A stretch of 35,584 bases of DNA from Pelomyxa schiedti (lineage: Eukaryota; Protista; Evosea): contig JAHLWZ010000970.1 of NCBI GenBank assembly GCA_020536535.1, positions 1 to 35,584 of the forward strand, given 5' to 3'. The position numbers and the translations under genes are program-made. Positions 11,737 through 24,000 of this stretch are shown one piece after another. The stretch's first letter is position 1. The number at the start of each line of letters is the position of its first letter. The notes under the pieces were generated by a model. The model was not told the origin of the DNA and did no database searches. It worked only from the letters and a program-made list of their open reading frames with translations.

Positions 11737-14700
11737 ATGAGACAGATGGCGTGGTACACGCGTCCAGAGACGCCAACGACAGGGGGTGCGGAAAGTAGTG
11801 GTAGATCTGAGGGGGATGCGGTAGCGAAGGCAACGTCGCCTGTGGCGGGGTCTGGTGCATCGCCTCATCGGTCTTCTTGGGCGCACTCCCGCGGCAGATC
11901 TCGCGTGTGGAATCTCTTTCAAGTGGACGTGTACTTGATTTTGAAAGGGAAGCACGCTGCGGCACCGACGTCGGCCGTCGCGCCTCCTGCGAATTGCGAT
12001 AATTCGACTGCGGCCTCTAGCTCTGAATTTGGGCAACAACCGGGCACTTCGGGCTCCAAATTGCGCGAGGAGTTTGTTGCCAACGTTGCTGCTGACGAGT
12101 ATTCCTCTGTTGGTGACCTTTTGGCACTGTGCCATACTAAATTTGCGTTGCATTGTGCACTCCCAGACATGGAATCGTTTTCACTCTGTGAGTATTCAGA
12201 GTATGACACAGGTTTTGGCTACACTCAAATTGTTTGTTTCTGACTGGATATCTACAGATGTGTATCTCCATGTGTTGAACGTTGATGTTCCAGTAGTCTC
12301 TGTAGTACAAGCCAGGCAGAGTAAGATACATTGGCGCGCCACAAATTGTCGCTTTGTTCTTATGGAAAATGGTGCTGTCCTCAGTGAGGTACTTCAAACT
12401 TTGAAATAAATGAAGAAGTCATTTTGTCTAGGGCCACAATGGTTTCAGATCACCTACACTTACTTCGGCGCCGCCTTACCTCACACTTACTGATTCAACA
12501 GATATCGAGATTCCATCTCCTAATCTTTCCCATCCAGTACTTCAAGCTTCCTTCCCTACTGCTCCACTGTCTTCCCAATCAATTTCTCTTGAGCTTAATA
12601 GGAAATCTACCCCACCAGTAATAAGTAGCACAAAACCAACCGGAAAATCTCTCTTTCCAACACCCCGACCCACAGGACCTGTCCTGCCCCCCGCTCCCTC
12701 GCCACCACTACCCCCAACTGCCGTAATACCATCTCCTGCGCACTTGTCCACAGGCTACTGTATTATACAAACAACAACTATGCACTTCCTTTCTTGTGGT
12801 CTAGCATCCAAAGGAGAAGTTACACTTGCCAAGAGCCTGTGCAGTAGTGAATTGTGGTTTGTTGAGGCAACTTTCAAGAAAGGAAAATTTGGAGACATAG
12901 TACTCGTATCTCTTCAGGGGTACATAATGAAAAATACCTCCACAATGTGTTGACATTCTCCAGAAACCTGAAGCTATGGCTTAGGGCCCCAAAAAACCAG
13001 CACTTTCCTCTGTGTGATAGGAAGGTTCCTGGGAGTCTTGAAACATTCAAGGCAATAGCTGATCAGTCTGGAGGATATGAATTACAGTACCAAAAAACAA
13101 ATAATATAAAGCTATAAAAGCATATCAATGCGCGAAAAAATGCCAACAAAAAAAAAAGGACATCCTCTGGCTTGTTTCTTTCTGTGGACGATCTCCATCT
13201 AATTTGTGATGCACGGAAGCCCACATCTTTTAAATTTACCTACATGCCAGAACCTCCCCCTCCTCCAGACACCAACCCTTACAGCAGTATTCTTGTGGAT
13301 GCTGACTTTTTAGAGAAGGCTTTTCGACTTGAAGAAGCACTCTTATATTATGACTTGGCACTGACCAGGATTGACAAGGCTAGTACCCAGCTTAATGAAA
13401 TCAACATCCGGAAATCCAGACTCTTTCGCCTTCTGGGGAAGACTGCCAATGCCTTGCAATGTGCAGAGCTTTGTTCCAAGGATGGCATAAATTTTCATGT
13501 GTGCTATGCTTTAGCATTACGTGACTGCCGAAAACACGGTGCAGCAATTTCCGCATTTGAGGGTGCACTTAAAATGGCACCTAGTGACCAAGGACTTCAA
13601 ATATGCAAAACCGCGGAACTTGTTCAAATTGGGAGTGGTAATCCAACAACCTTATGGAGTAGTGTGCATTTGACAGTTCCATCCATAAAATCCCGTAAGA
13701 TGCTTATACCCCCCCAAGACTGTGGTGTTTCCCTCAGCTTGTGTGGAAGGCATGCTGACGCACTTGAGTGGTTTGATTACCAGCTATTGTTGACACCGGG
13801 CAATCCTTTTACTCTGTTGAAAAAAGCGTTGTCATTGCGTTTCCTGAGTAAAATCGAGGAGGCTTTCAAGTGCATAGAACAAGCGTTGGAGATTAGGCCA
13901 AGAGATCCTGATTTGTTGCATGAAAAAGGAGTTTTATTTTCATTTTCCAAGAGATATGAGGATGCCATTAAGTGCTTTGACCTCAGTCTACAGTTCAGAC
14001 CTAACCACCCTGACACAGTTGATGAGGTAATTAAGAACCCTTAAATAAAAATAGAACCGCATCATAGGAGAAAGTTTTTACTTTTCTTTCAGCGAAGGCT
14101 TGCCAAATCTGCACTTGAACAATCACAAACATCACTTCCTGAAAGTAGACCAGATGTTATACAACCAATGAGAACACATCACCCTGCTTGGGCACTTAGC
14201 ATTGTCCTAGAACAGGAAGCAATCTTCAAGTCCAGAATGTATTAATAAGCACAATTGACTTTTAGATTCCTTACTTCCACTTAGAAAATCACAGCAGTTC
14301 GCAGCAGTTATTGCTGTGGTTGGCTACTCTGGAACGGGAAAGAGCTCCCTCATCAATGCTGCTGCTCAACGAGAAGTCACACTGTTTGTTTCTTTTTTCT
14401 TTGAGTTGTCTCTTAGCTTCCTAGAGCCGGTGCTGGGAAACCAGTTACTGTAGAACCTTCTAGACATGTTATTGATCCCACATTGGTCCTTTATGAGACT
14501 CCTGGCACAGAACGAAATCCAGCAGAAGAGTTACCAGATATTCTGAGTGATTTATTTAAGCTTGCCGCAATACAAAATCCCCCAGAAGAAATTCATATGG
14601 TTTGGGATTACATCTTTCTTTCTTTTTGTTTGTGATATTATTAACTAGGTTTGGTGGGTGATATCAGCAGCTGATAATAGAATTGTACCCAAAACCGTAC

Positions 14701-17700
14701 TTCACATTTGCCAACAGTATTTATTAAGACCAAATGGCACCCGGATCCCTGTTCTTCTTGTTGTGAATAAATTTGTGCCCAATACTGAGGGGAATTCACT
14801 AAAAATGGCAATTGAGAGTGATGAATCTAGGGATTTCTTTTGGAGTGTTGTTTATACCAATGCTGTGCCTGATATAAATTTTGTTTCAACTGTTTACACA
14901 TGCCCCAAGTATAAACCCCTTGTCCTGATTTCCGTTGACATTTTTCCAGGTGTAATGGTACCCAGATGTGCCAGCAATCAAAAGAAAGCAAGTCAAAATG
15001 GAACTTCGCCTGTCAAGAGTGTAATATTATCTCTTCACAAGAAATAAAACCATACAATATTGGAGTTCTGAAAGAGGCCACCATTGGAATCCTTCCTGAT
15101 GTTGTCAAGTCTAGCATGAAGTTACAACGTATGGCAGATATAAAAGCAATTTATTCACAAACTGTGAAGCTTATTTCTAGCTGGATACCAACAGTAGTCC
15201 TCCAAATTCCTTTTGGCTGACTGCCAACATCACCTTTTTTACAGATTGGTGTTCTGAACGTTGCGCAATTTGAAGAAAAACTTACTCAGTATTTGGTTGA
15301 CATTGCTAAATTATTTGGGGTCAAACATTTTTCCTCAAAAGACGAACTTACAAACATGAACTTTGATATCCCAGTACTTGGTAACTTATCCTCTAACATT
15401 AATTTTAATCAATTGTTCAGAGTGTTTTTTCACAATACCTGGGACTATATGAGACATATTCTCCAGTAGTGTGCATCATAAGTTTATGCCTTTTGTGGGC
15501 TACACTGCTGAAACGTTGCCAAGAGTTGCTAATTGGAAGTGGTCCTACCTTCGGCTTCAGAATTGGAGATGTTGTTGAGAACCTTTCACTCTTCAATCAT
15601 TTGTTTATATCTGTGAAACCGAAAGTTGCCCTCTTCCTCCAGCACAAGGACTTGAATACCAACACTCCTATGGAGCAAACCCTAGAGCAGCTCTCTAATG
15701 AAGTATGCATTGAAGTCGAAAAGGCCTTAATTCCAGAGAAATTTCGTGACACTTCATTGAGTGGAGTTGGTGAAAAACCAGCAATTCAGAACCTTAATGT
15801 CAGTGATGAAGCATTCATAGAACAAACGTTGGACTCATGCTTTTCGAGGTTTTTCTTGAAACTTGTAATATAAGGGGGCAAAGAATTCACGTTTGTTCTT
15901 CATACAGTAACCTTGATATCTCCCCTGTGGATCTTGTTGGATTAGTGATAATGCAGCCAATAGAACAACCTACTGCTTCCCTATTAACCTTCCTCGACTT
16001 TTGTTTCAAAGTGGTTCAAACGGGAGAAATGCACCGCGTGGAGAGGCTTTTGTGTTTCTTGAAGGAGTGGGTTACCTTAATTCCAGGTCATTGAACCCCC
16101 CACTTTTTTTATCTGATAACTGGTTAGATGACTTCCAAGAACTCAAACTCAACCAACGACTTCTGGCCATACTCGCAATATCTGAAGAGCGCCATTTTAG
16201 AGTGCAGGCAATATATGATATATTAAAAGAGTCAGCTAGAAGTTGCACTACATCAGCCGCTATCACCTCAACGACTTCGGCGACATCCTCCGCCACTCCG
16301 GATTCGACGCGAGTCATATGGAAAAAGCTCCCAGCTGTATTAGCACCCCAGTACTATGTTGCCTCCCAATGGTGCTTGGTTGATTTTCATTTGTACACAC
16401 AAGTTGCCAAAAACCCACGGTCTTTTGTTTCAGTATGGTCAAATTATCTTGGTAATAACTTACAATTCAAGGAATACAGTAAAGAACGAGAAGCTCTAGA
16501 ATTAAGAATTGAACAAGAAGAGATGTGGACAATTACTCAAGTACTATCAGCCCCACTCGAACATAGAGTAGAAACAATCAAGGTACAACTGGCTCGATAC
16601 AATGCCATGTTTAATTTCTAGGTGTGTTTAGATCTCGGCATTACACTTTTGAGGCTCCAGAATTTTCAAGGTGCATGTGCAATTGCCTCAGCTTTTGCCT
16701 CGCCTATTTTACGGCCTATTGTACGTGCACGTGCTCCTGAGTTTATTGATGTAGGCTGGAAGATTATTTGTGAAGTAGGGTTTCTTTTCTTATTTCCTAT
16801 CCCTTTAACCTTCCCCAAGGAACTAGAGCAATTGTGGAGTCAATGTGATCCAGGAAAAAATAATGATTTCCCCAACTTGCCTCCACTATCAAATTGCTGT
16901 ATTCCACCAATAAAGAAGCTTTATACCAAATTCTTAGCATCCCGGTCCATGTCCCTTACGAAGTCTGTTAGATATGCGTTCTTCCGGAGCCTCATCTTGG
17001 AGATTTCCAAGTTATCATACTGTGGATGTGTATTCACCTAACTGTTACTCAGGTACCAATCGTTAAACATGACTGTCTATGAGTTTCCAGAAATGTCAGC
17101 TGGGTTATCGAGCCTCATTACCTTACCGCACTCGTCTTTCTCAGAGCTGGAGGCCCGAGCCTCTGAGTTTTACATTTCTGCTAGATTGGAATCTGGGTAC
17201 GTAGGAATTCCATTGGAAATTGTTGACCCCTTCTGAAGATTAGGGACCCACTACCTTTTTGGGACAAGACTGTCAGTTTGTATTCAGGACATATTCGAGT
17301 ATGTCAGACTATTAATTCGCAACTAATGGCAATATCAAAGAACCCCTCCCGCCATTGCCGTCACAAAGCAATTCGCTAATTCTATCTCACCTCTCTCTCT
17401 AAAAGCGATGAAAGATAAGTTGGCTTTTTCCACAGGTCAGTACTTGCATTGTTTTTATTGCATTTCCTTGTTTACTTTGATCAGCACGGATCACAGAGTT
17501 GTGTCTTAAAAGCTTGGATATTGGTGACATAGTGGCTGAGGATGGTGTGAAAAAGATCGTCAGGGCCGAGCTTATTGTCCGGTGTTATCTGGAAATATTC
17601 AGTTGGTGTCAGGTTTGTTCCCCTTTTCATTCATCTACTTACGTCAACAAGAATTTAGAGATCGAAGATAGTGTTCCTCCAAGGAAATGCACAGAAGCTG

Positions 17701-18242
17701 ACTCCATAGCACTTGAAAAACGCCAAAATTTACAGAATTCCAAACCTTCTGACTTTGAATTGGAACCAGAGTATTGGCTTGTTTGTTTCATCAGCGTTGC
17801 GTGAAACCTAATTCTCACACCAAATAGGGCCCCCTTTCTACAACCACAACTCTCAATCCGTTCCAGTCGGCCATAGAATCATTTTGCAGCATCAAAGGGA
17901 AGGCTTGCCCAACAGAAAAAGCCATGTGCATTACTCAAACAGCCCACGACATTGTTGCATACGTAGACCAGCTCTGGAGAAATGCTCCACCAGGTAGCAA
18001 AAAGATAACCATGACCGGTGATGCAATGGCCTCAGCTTTCACCTACGTACTGGCACGAGCCAACGTTCCACTTTTGTTCACAGAGCTGTTCCTTGCTCGA
18101 AGGTTTACCCACCCCTTTAACTCTCAGCACTCCTACTCACAAAATCATCCCTCCCTCCTCTAGTCTTGGCTGTAGTTCCGGCGAGCACGAGTACTACACC
18201 ACCACAGCCATGATGGCTGCCCTAACCTTGTTCCTAACCTAG
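11737..18242 (+). CDS. Large multidomain protein: RA/ubiquitin-like, Pro-rich linker, fascin-like beta-trefoil, TPR repeats, P-loop GTPase with Zn ribbon, RasGEF_N/RasGEF-like, VPS9
   Basis: RA-like: VAADEYSSVGDLLALCHTKFAL..ESFSLCEY..CRFVL. Beta-trefoil-like: PGSLETFKAI..GYELQ..SGLFLSV. TPR: EEAFKCIEQALEIRP; YEDAIKCFDLSLQFRP. G1: GYSGTGKSSLINA. REM-like: VERLLCFLKEWVTLIPDDF. CDC25-like: VASQWCLVDFHLY; LQNFQGACAIASAF. VPS9: PFQSAIESF..CPTEKAMCI..GDAMASAFTYVLARAN..GEHEYYTT. I could keep one reading frame across the domain junctions using GT-AG introns. Start could be 11572, 11737 or 11746. Confidence 0.8.
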
Positions 18243-18406
18243 GCACTGTACAACTAAAATTATCATTCCAGGCTTCTTTGGGGTTTGATTCCCATCAACC
18301 CTAACTCCCAACTCCTTTTCTTTGTTTTCATAATTTTCTTTTTCCGCACAATCACCAACCATCATCAAACAACACGACGGCCGACCCCAGAGCCCCACTG
18401 TCCTTC

Positions 18407-20586
18407 ATGCTTTCAGCCTCATCGCTGAATGAGGTGGAAGCCAACAGCATGGCACTGTTTCCCAACCAAACAGAACCACAACCACAAGACACTGCGCAAC
18501 AAATGCCAGTAACAACAGTAACAACAGGAACCACAAGTACGAATGAGGAGGCGTCGCGGGGTGAATTTGCACACTTCGCGTCGTGGAGTGAAATAAGGAA
18601 GGAGACTGAAATCCCCGTGAACGTTGGCGTAGACGGCGGTTGTGGTTGCGATTTTGGTGGTTACGACAACAGCAACAACCTCGGGGAAAGAGCTGTCAGC
18701 AGTGATTTTGTTGATCTAAGCTCGGAGGAAGTTGGCAGTGCCTATTTGTTGCACGAGGTACCTGGGAATGTGGCCTGCTGCAGAGCAAGTGACGCTGCAA
18801 GTCCCGGAATGGGAGCGGTGGCTCAGAATGCAATAGCTTCTGCTCCAGGCTCAAAAGCAAATGTAAATACAGGAGCTACTGCTGCAACTGCAACCGGGGA
18901 GAGCCCGAATATCCCCGTTTTGTATAAGAACTTTGCGGAATGCCTTCCGAATCCCCCCGTGGACACAGAAGAACCAGTCGATGACGTACATGCGAGGCTA
19001 ATGCACACATTTTCTCATTTCAGCCTCCATCGTTCACGTTCAAGTGCTGCCCAGCATCAGAGGAGGCTACAGGAAGAACAAGCCGTAAAATCTAAAACTA
19101 TTTCGAACGCTGAACAAACTACTTCGGCATCCCCTGGGGCCCAGATCGCTTTTGGTATGCCCTCTTCCACCAAAGGAATTTCGGGTTTATTGAACAGTTG
19201 GGTTATCAGACCCTGCTATGTATTCCACCCCAGTTGACCTATCTCAAAGCAATCTAGCCTGCTCAGCCCTGCACACCTTACAGTGCTTTGCAAGGCGGAT
19301 TGCAGAAAGTCAGGTGCAATCAGGTGGGCACTCATCTACTTGCAAATTCTACATTAACACACCGATCAAGGGTCTCTCTCAGGGAAGAATGCTGTTATAC
19401 CAAAGATCATAATTGATTTAGCCTCTGCTGCTATTGTACAGACGGATAACTGGCTTCCATCCGGGAGCAGTGACTCTCTCGACTCGACTGTTGCGCCTTT
19501 CTTAGACTTGTTTGATGCCTGTGATGCTCTATGGAACACTGAAATTGATTTAATGAGAGCTCCCCTCCCTTGGCCCGATCCTTCCAATGTCTTAGAGTGG
19601 TCTAAATGGAAACGGGCAGTGAGCTGGTTGTATGAATGGTGCTCGCAAATTGATGCTCTCCTGTCTCATGTGCGCACCTCGCTGGCAGAAGTTCCACCCC
19701 ATACACATTGTTGGAGATGGGGTAAGATTGAACTTCCGTGCGTACATGATGTAGAGCCTTATCCGCCTTTCTCCACAAATGTTGCTTCAACTGGGGTTCC
19801 CCTGCCCCAAGAAATTGCACCTCCACCCTGTGATGGGATCTTCTCTCAGGTTTTTGCACCAATTCCTTCTATTGTTATTTACTTTCAATAGGTTCCGGTG
19901 AAAATAGGTCCAAACAGTACAATACCAGACTTAATTGCCGCCTCAAATCGATACAGTTGCCGTATTTCCAACGTTTTAAATAAGTTATAAGAAATCCAGT
20001 ACTCCTGAAATTGGCCTAACTGTTCCGCAGGCTTCACAACCAAACATCAGCCGCTGTGGGAGTCAAGCTCATCAGTGATGAGTGTGCACATCTGAGGGAA
20101 ATGGTATCACAGTTAGAAGACACATTGGAGATACTTCCCGACCATGCGCATTTGTTGGTCCACAACGGTATGAATGTACAGAAAGTTGCCTTTACAATGA
20201 AGACACTCTTCATTGGTCATGGCTACATGTGTAAAAGTAGAGAACCATACCTAGGGAATACTTCCACCAGGTTACTTTCACAAAAAAACCCTACCTTGCA
20301 ACCTCACTATCTCGTTATCTCTTAATTTAACATAATAAGCAACAACTCACTCAGAATAAGGGCCCCCGTCGAAGTCGAGTACAAGGACATCAGACAGACC
20401 ATAATTCACATTCACCAGTTTCACCGGGACCACCCCTACCTCCCCGAGCACACACATTCTCTCGTACTTGTTCCCAAAGACCCAACACAGCAGCCTGAGC
20501 AATACACATCACTCCTGTTCCTGGGAGGGAGGCGCTCTGTTGGCCACTGTATCACCCAAACCCCATTGGAAAAACCCACATTTTGA
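18407..20586 (+). CDS. Hypothetical protein with a long disordered N-terminus and a Trp-rich folded C-terminal region, multi-exon
   Basis: ATG 18407 opens an ~800-nt first exon; later exons ...LPWPDPSNVLEWSKWKRAVSWLYEWC..., ...ECAHLREMVSQLEDTL...; stop TGA 20584-20586. No family recognised. Confidence 0.65.
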
Positions 20587-21011
20587 CACTTGGGGCGTAA
20601 AAAAACCACTGAGGCTTTCATTGATCACTTTGATATTAGTGTGTGAACATGTTGCCGTGTCAGCGAGCGTGCTCAGCAACGAAAACGAGATACACCTTTC
20701 CAAACTTTTTGTTTTTTCATTTTTTTAAATCGGACTGACAGGGCGTCGAATCGTTCTTCGGCAAAAAAACAAATTCACTAACCTAGAAGGAATTCCAAAG
20801 ATGTGCACAAAAAAAATCAAATTGAGGTATTCAATCTCGCCGAAGGATACTTTGCTCAACACCAACAACAGCACAATCAAGCCCCCGACGACCTTTATTT
20901 TTCGCACAACAACAAGAAAAACAAAAAAACAGGAAGACCAAAGCGAGATCTCTCAAACAACAAACCGCAGTACTTGGCCACTTGTATATACGCAATTGTA
21001 AAGTTGATACC

Positions 21012-24000
21012 ATGAGGAGCCGTGGAGATCTTCGCGACTCTGTTGTATCAGCTACAAACATACCTCAACATGTAACCGACAGTTCACTAAACAAATCGGG
21101 GCTGCACGTTTCGAATGAGGCCCCTCCAACCACAATCACCACAACCACCTCTACAAAACCGCACACTACTTCGTGGGACAGTCGCGTGGCAACAGAAATA
21201 TCTCCAAGAGGCGTTACAAACAGCGCGGTAGCGCCCAGGCATAATGGTGAACAAGACCATGACGAAACGGCGGATGATTATTATGAAGATGCTGATGAAA
21301 TGGCTAGCACGGCCCCGGTGCATTCTTCTGCTCCAGAGAGCGAATATGCGGAGGACGATCTTATGTCGCTCACCACTGCCAATTCTTTGAGTGCCAGCTT
21401 TTCTGGTTCCTTGGCTTCTTCTGGTTCCTCTGGGTCCACTTCCACTACATCATCAGGGTCATCTTCCTTTGGATTGAGTGAATTGATGGTCCGCAGACTT
21501 AAGACCGGCTTGAATCACTGGTGCCAGCTAGCATGCTCTAAGAGCAGTTCTCATATAGCTCTGCCTTTGTGTATTTTTCAGTTTATTCAGGTAACTAATA
21601 ACTCGGACCTTTATTAATTCACACTGTTCCAAGCTCTTGAGCTTTGCTCTGGACCCTACCCTTGGATGGGAGGAATTAAACTCGGGTTGGACTATCTTCC
21701 TGAAAGTTATCAGTTTCACTCGAACCCTGGGAGTGAATTATAACTACAGTAACTATTCGCGTTTTCTCTTTGGAACTAATCTCTGTAAGAATCAATTTTG
21801 GCACTGGAAATTGCTTTCTCTGTGTATATGGCATGCCTTTGTCTTGTTGGAGTACTGGTTATGTGGCAGTACAGTGCAAATCTCCAATATGAAGGGAAAC
21901 TTGCATCCCTCCTCCACCTCGAAGTATACTCCCCATTTCCTCTCTGCCCATCCCACATACAAATAATCTTTCCGTAGGTTGAATTTTTCTCTACTGTATT
22001 ATATGCACCACTAGCTCATACAACATTGGCCTTAATCGGTTGTGGTGCAATATCTCCACCAGGGATGGATGCTTCTTGTAGATCAGGCACTATGGTTTTA
22101 ATTTGATGAATCTAGAATTCCCTCATTAGAAACTAGATCTCTCAATCCATTTTAATGTGTGTCTTATTGATTCTTGGGACACTGATTGCGTTTATAAGCA
22201 CAGCTTCTCAATATGATTTTTGTATTTCATCGAAACACCCTTTGGCACGGTTTCTATCTAGAATTGAAATTTGTCAGTTCCTCACTGTAAGGTTTTCTCT
22301 TTTTTCCTCAATTTTAATTTTCGCCCAGGTTTTGCTAGCCTCTTGCTTTACTCGTTACCTAAGGTACCCAGCTATCAGTGTTGCTGTCTGCCAAGGAATG
22401 GTATGGTTCAATGGTACTCTCAAGAGGTGATTTTCTCACAGGTTGCATTGGTGGTGTGCTTTGGATGTGCGAGTTGTAATCTATACATATTGTGGTATGC
22501 CCCGTATTACAAGTGGTGGGCAAACTACATGAAGATAGCCGGTTTCACCACAGTATTAGTTGCCACACCAATAGCTTTTTTCCATACTGTAAGTGGTCTT
22601 TCATCTTCTATCCCTTTTTTTTAACACTCTTCACTTGCAATTTGTGTCAGATTTTCCCTGATAATTCAACCAATATTCTCATTGCTGTTGTTTGCACAGT
22701 TGGGGTGGTACCTGTAATATGCTACTTTGGCACAATGACGTTCTTTTATATCACCAACCTACGCCTGAAAAGGTTCCTTTTTATTCCTTAGGATCTGTTG
22801 TAAACTTCTTTTAAGGAATTTGGGCAAGATTTTATACTCTGAGGAATCTGCAGACCAACAAGTCATAATAAATAAACTATCTCAGTCCCTCCGCTCTACT
22901 CATTTAATCGTCTGCCATCTATACTGGGACTTGACTTCCAAGGTTCTTTCTTTTTTGTGTGTGCACCATGTAATACATTCTGACAGACTAGTGCAACAAA
23001 TAATACTAGAGATGCTCTTGATACCGTTTCCCGTCTGCTTATGGCTGTTATCGAGTCACATAGTGGTCCCTATCCAGAAATTGTACAGATTCTTTCATTT
23101 ATTGGTCCCTCAATAATTTCTTTGCAGTTGTATTCTCTGTTTACATTGCAGCAGTCAGATGAGTTACAAACTGTGGCTATCCACATTCAGCGTGCACAAA
23201 ACTCTCCCCACCAGTGGCCTGACACAAAACTGTTAGTTACTCGGCTGGAGGAATACCGCAGAGAAAAAACCAGGGCATTTGATGGAGGGAATGAAGAAAT
23301 TGACCTTGTATGCTCCCCACTTCTTGTGGGTGGAATCTTAAAAAAATAACAAGGGATTCAAAGAAGCAGAGAAGCACCACAAGAAAGCCCAAGAAGGCTT
23401 GGCTATGTTTTGGCAGGTTCCTTACCGTTCTATTGTATTATTTTTTAAGGCTTCAAAGCAACTGTACTTACGAAACCTTGGAAGCCTACCTGATATTGTT
23501 GCAATGCTTGACAGTGCTGAAAAGAATGCAACACAGATTTATGAAAAACTAAAAAAAAGATTTCCCAAGTCTTCGAAAGTACTGCGACAGTTTGCATCAT
23601 TTCTGGAGCAGGTTAGCATCACAGGAATAAAATTAAGCCATTTACTAACTGCATGTTACTTTGTTTTCCACAAGGTCAAAAACGATCCACAGCAGGCCCA
23701 AGTTATGTATACAACAGCAGATATGCTGGAAGAAAGCACGGTTAATCACACTGGATTCTTTCCTTTTCTCATTACCCGAAGACGAGGCATCACAAGAATC
23801 GTAAACATTTCCGACAAAACCAAGTCGCACCGTTAGAGGATGTTGAAAGTGATGGTGACGCAACGAAATTGAAGCACATAGATCGTATACTTCCTCATTC
23901 ATAGAAGGGTCTTACTAATTGTCGTTATGCAGAAAGTACCGAACACCTTGCCCACACCGAGGTGAAGAGCACACAGCATCACAAGGCAATTCAGGATTCA

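Noticed and set aside
11542-12209. Long minus-strand ORFs opposite the 5' exon of the multidomain gene
   Set aside because: No recognisable motifs; the + frame encodes the RA-like domain and splices onward.
20586-21011. Short stems (GTTGC...GCAAC) and a Q/N/K-rich ORF upstream of the cyclase gene
   Set aside because: Stems are too short to exceed chance; the ORF lacks an ATG and reflects A/C-rich UTR composition.
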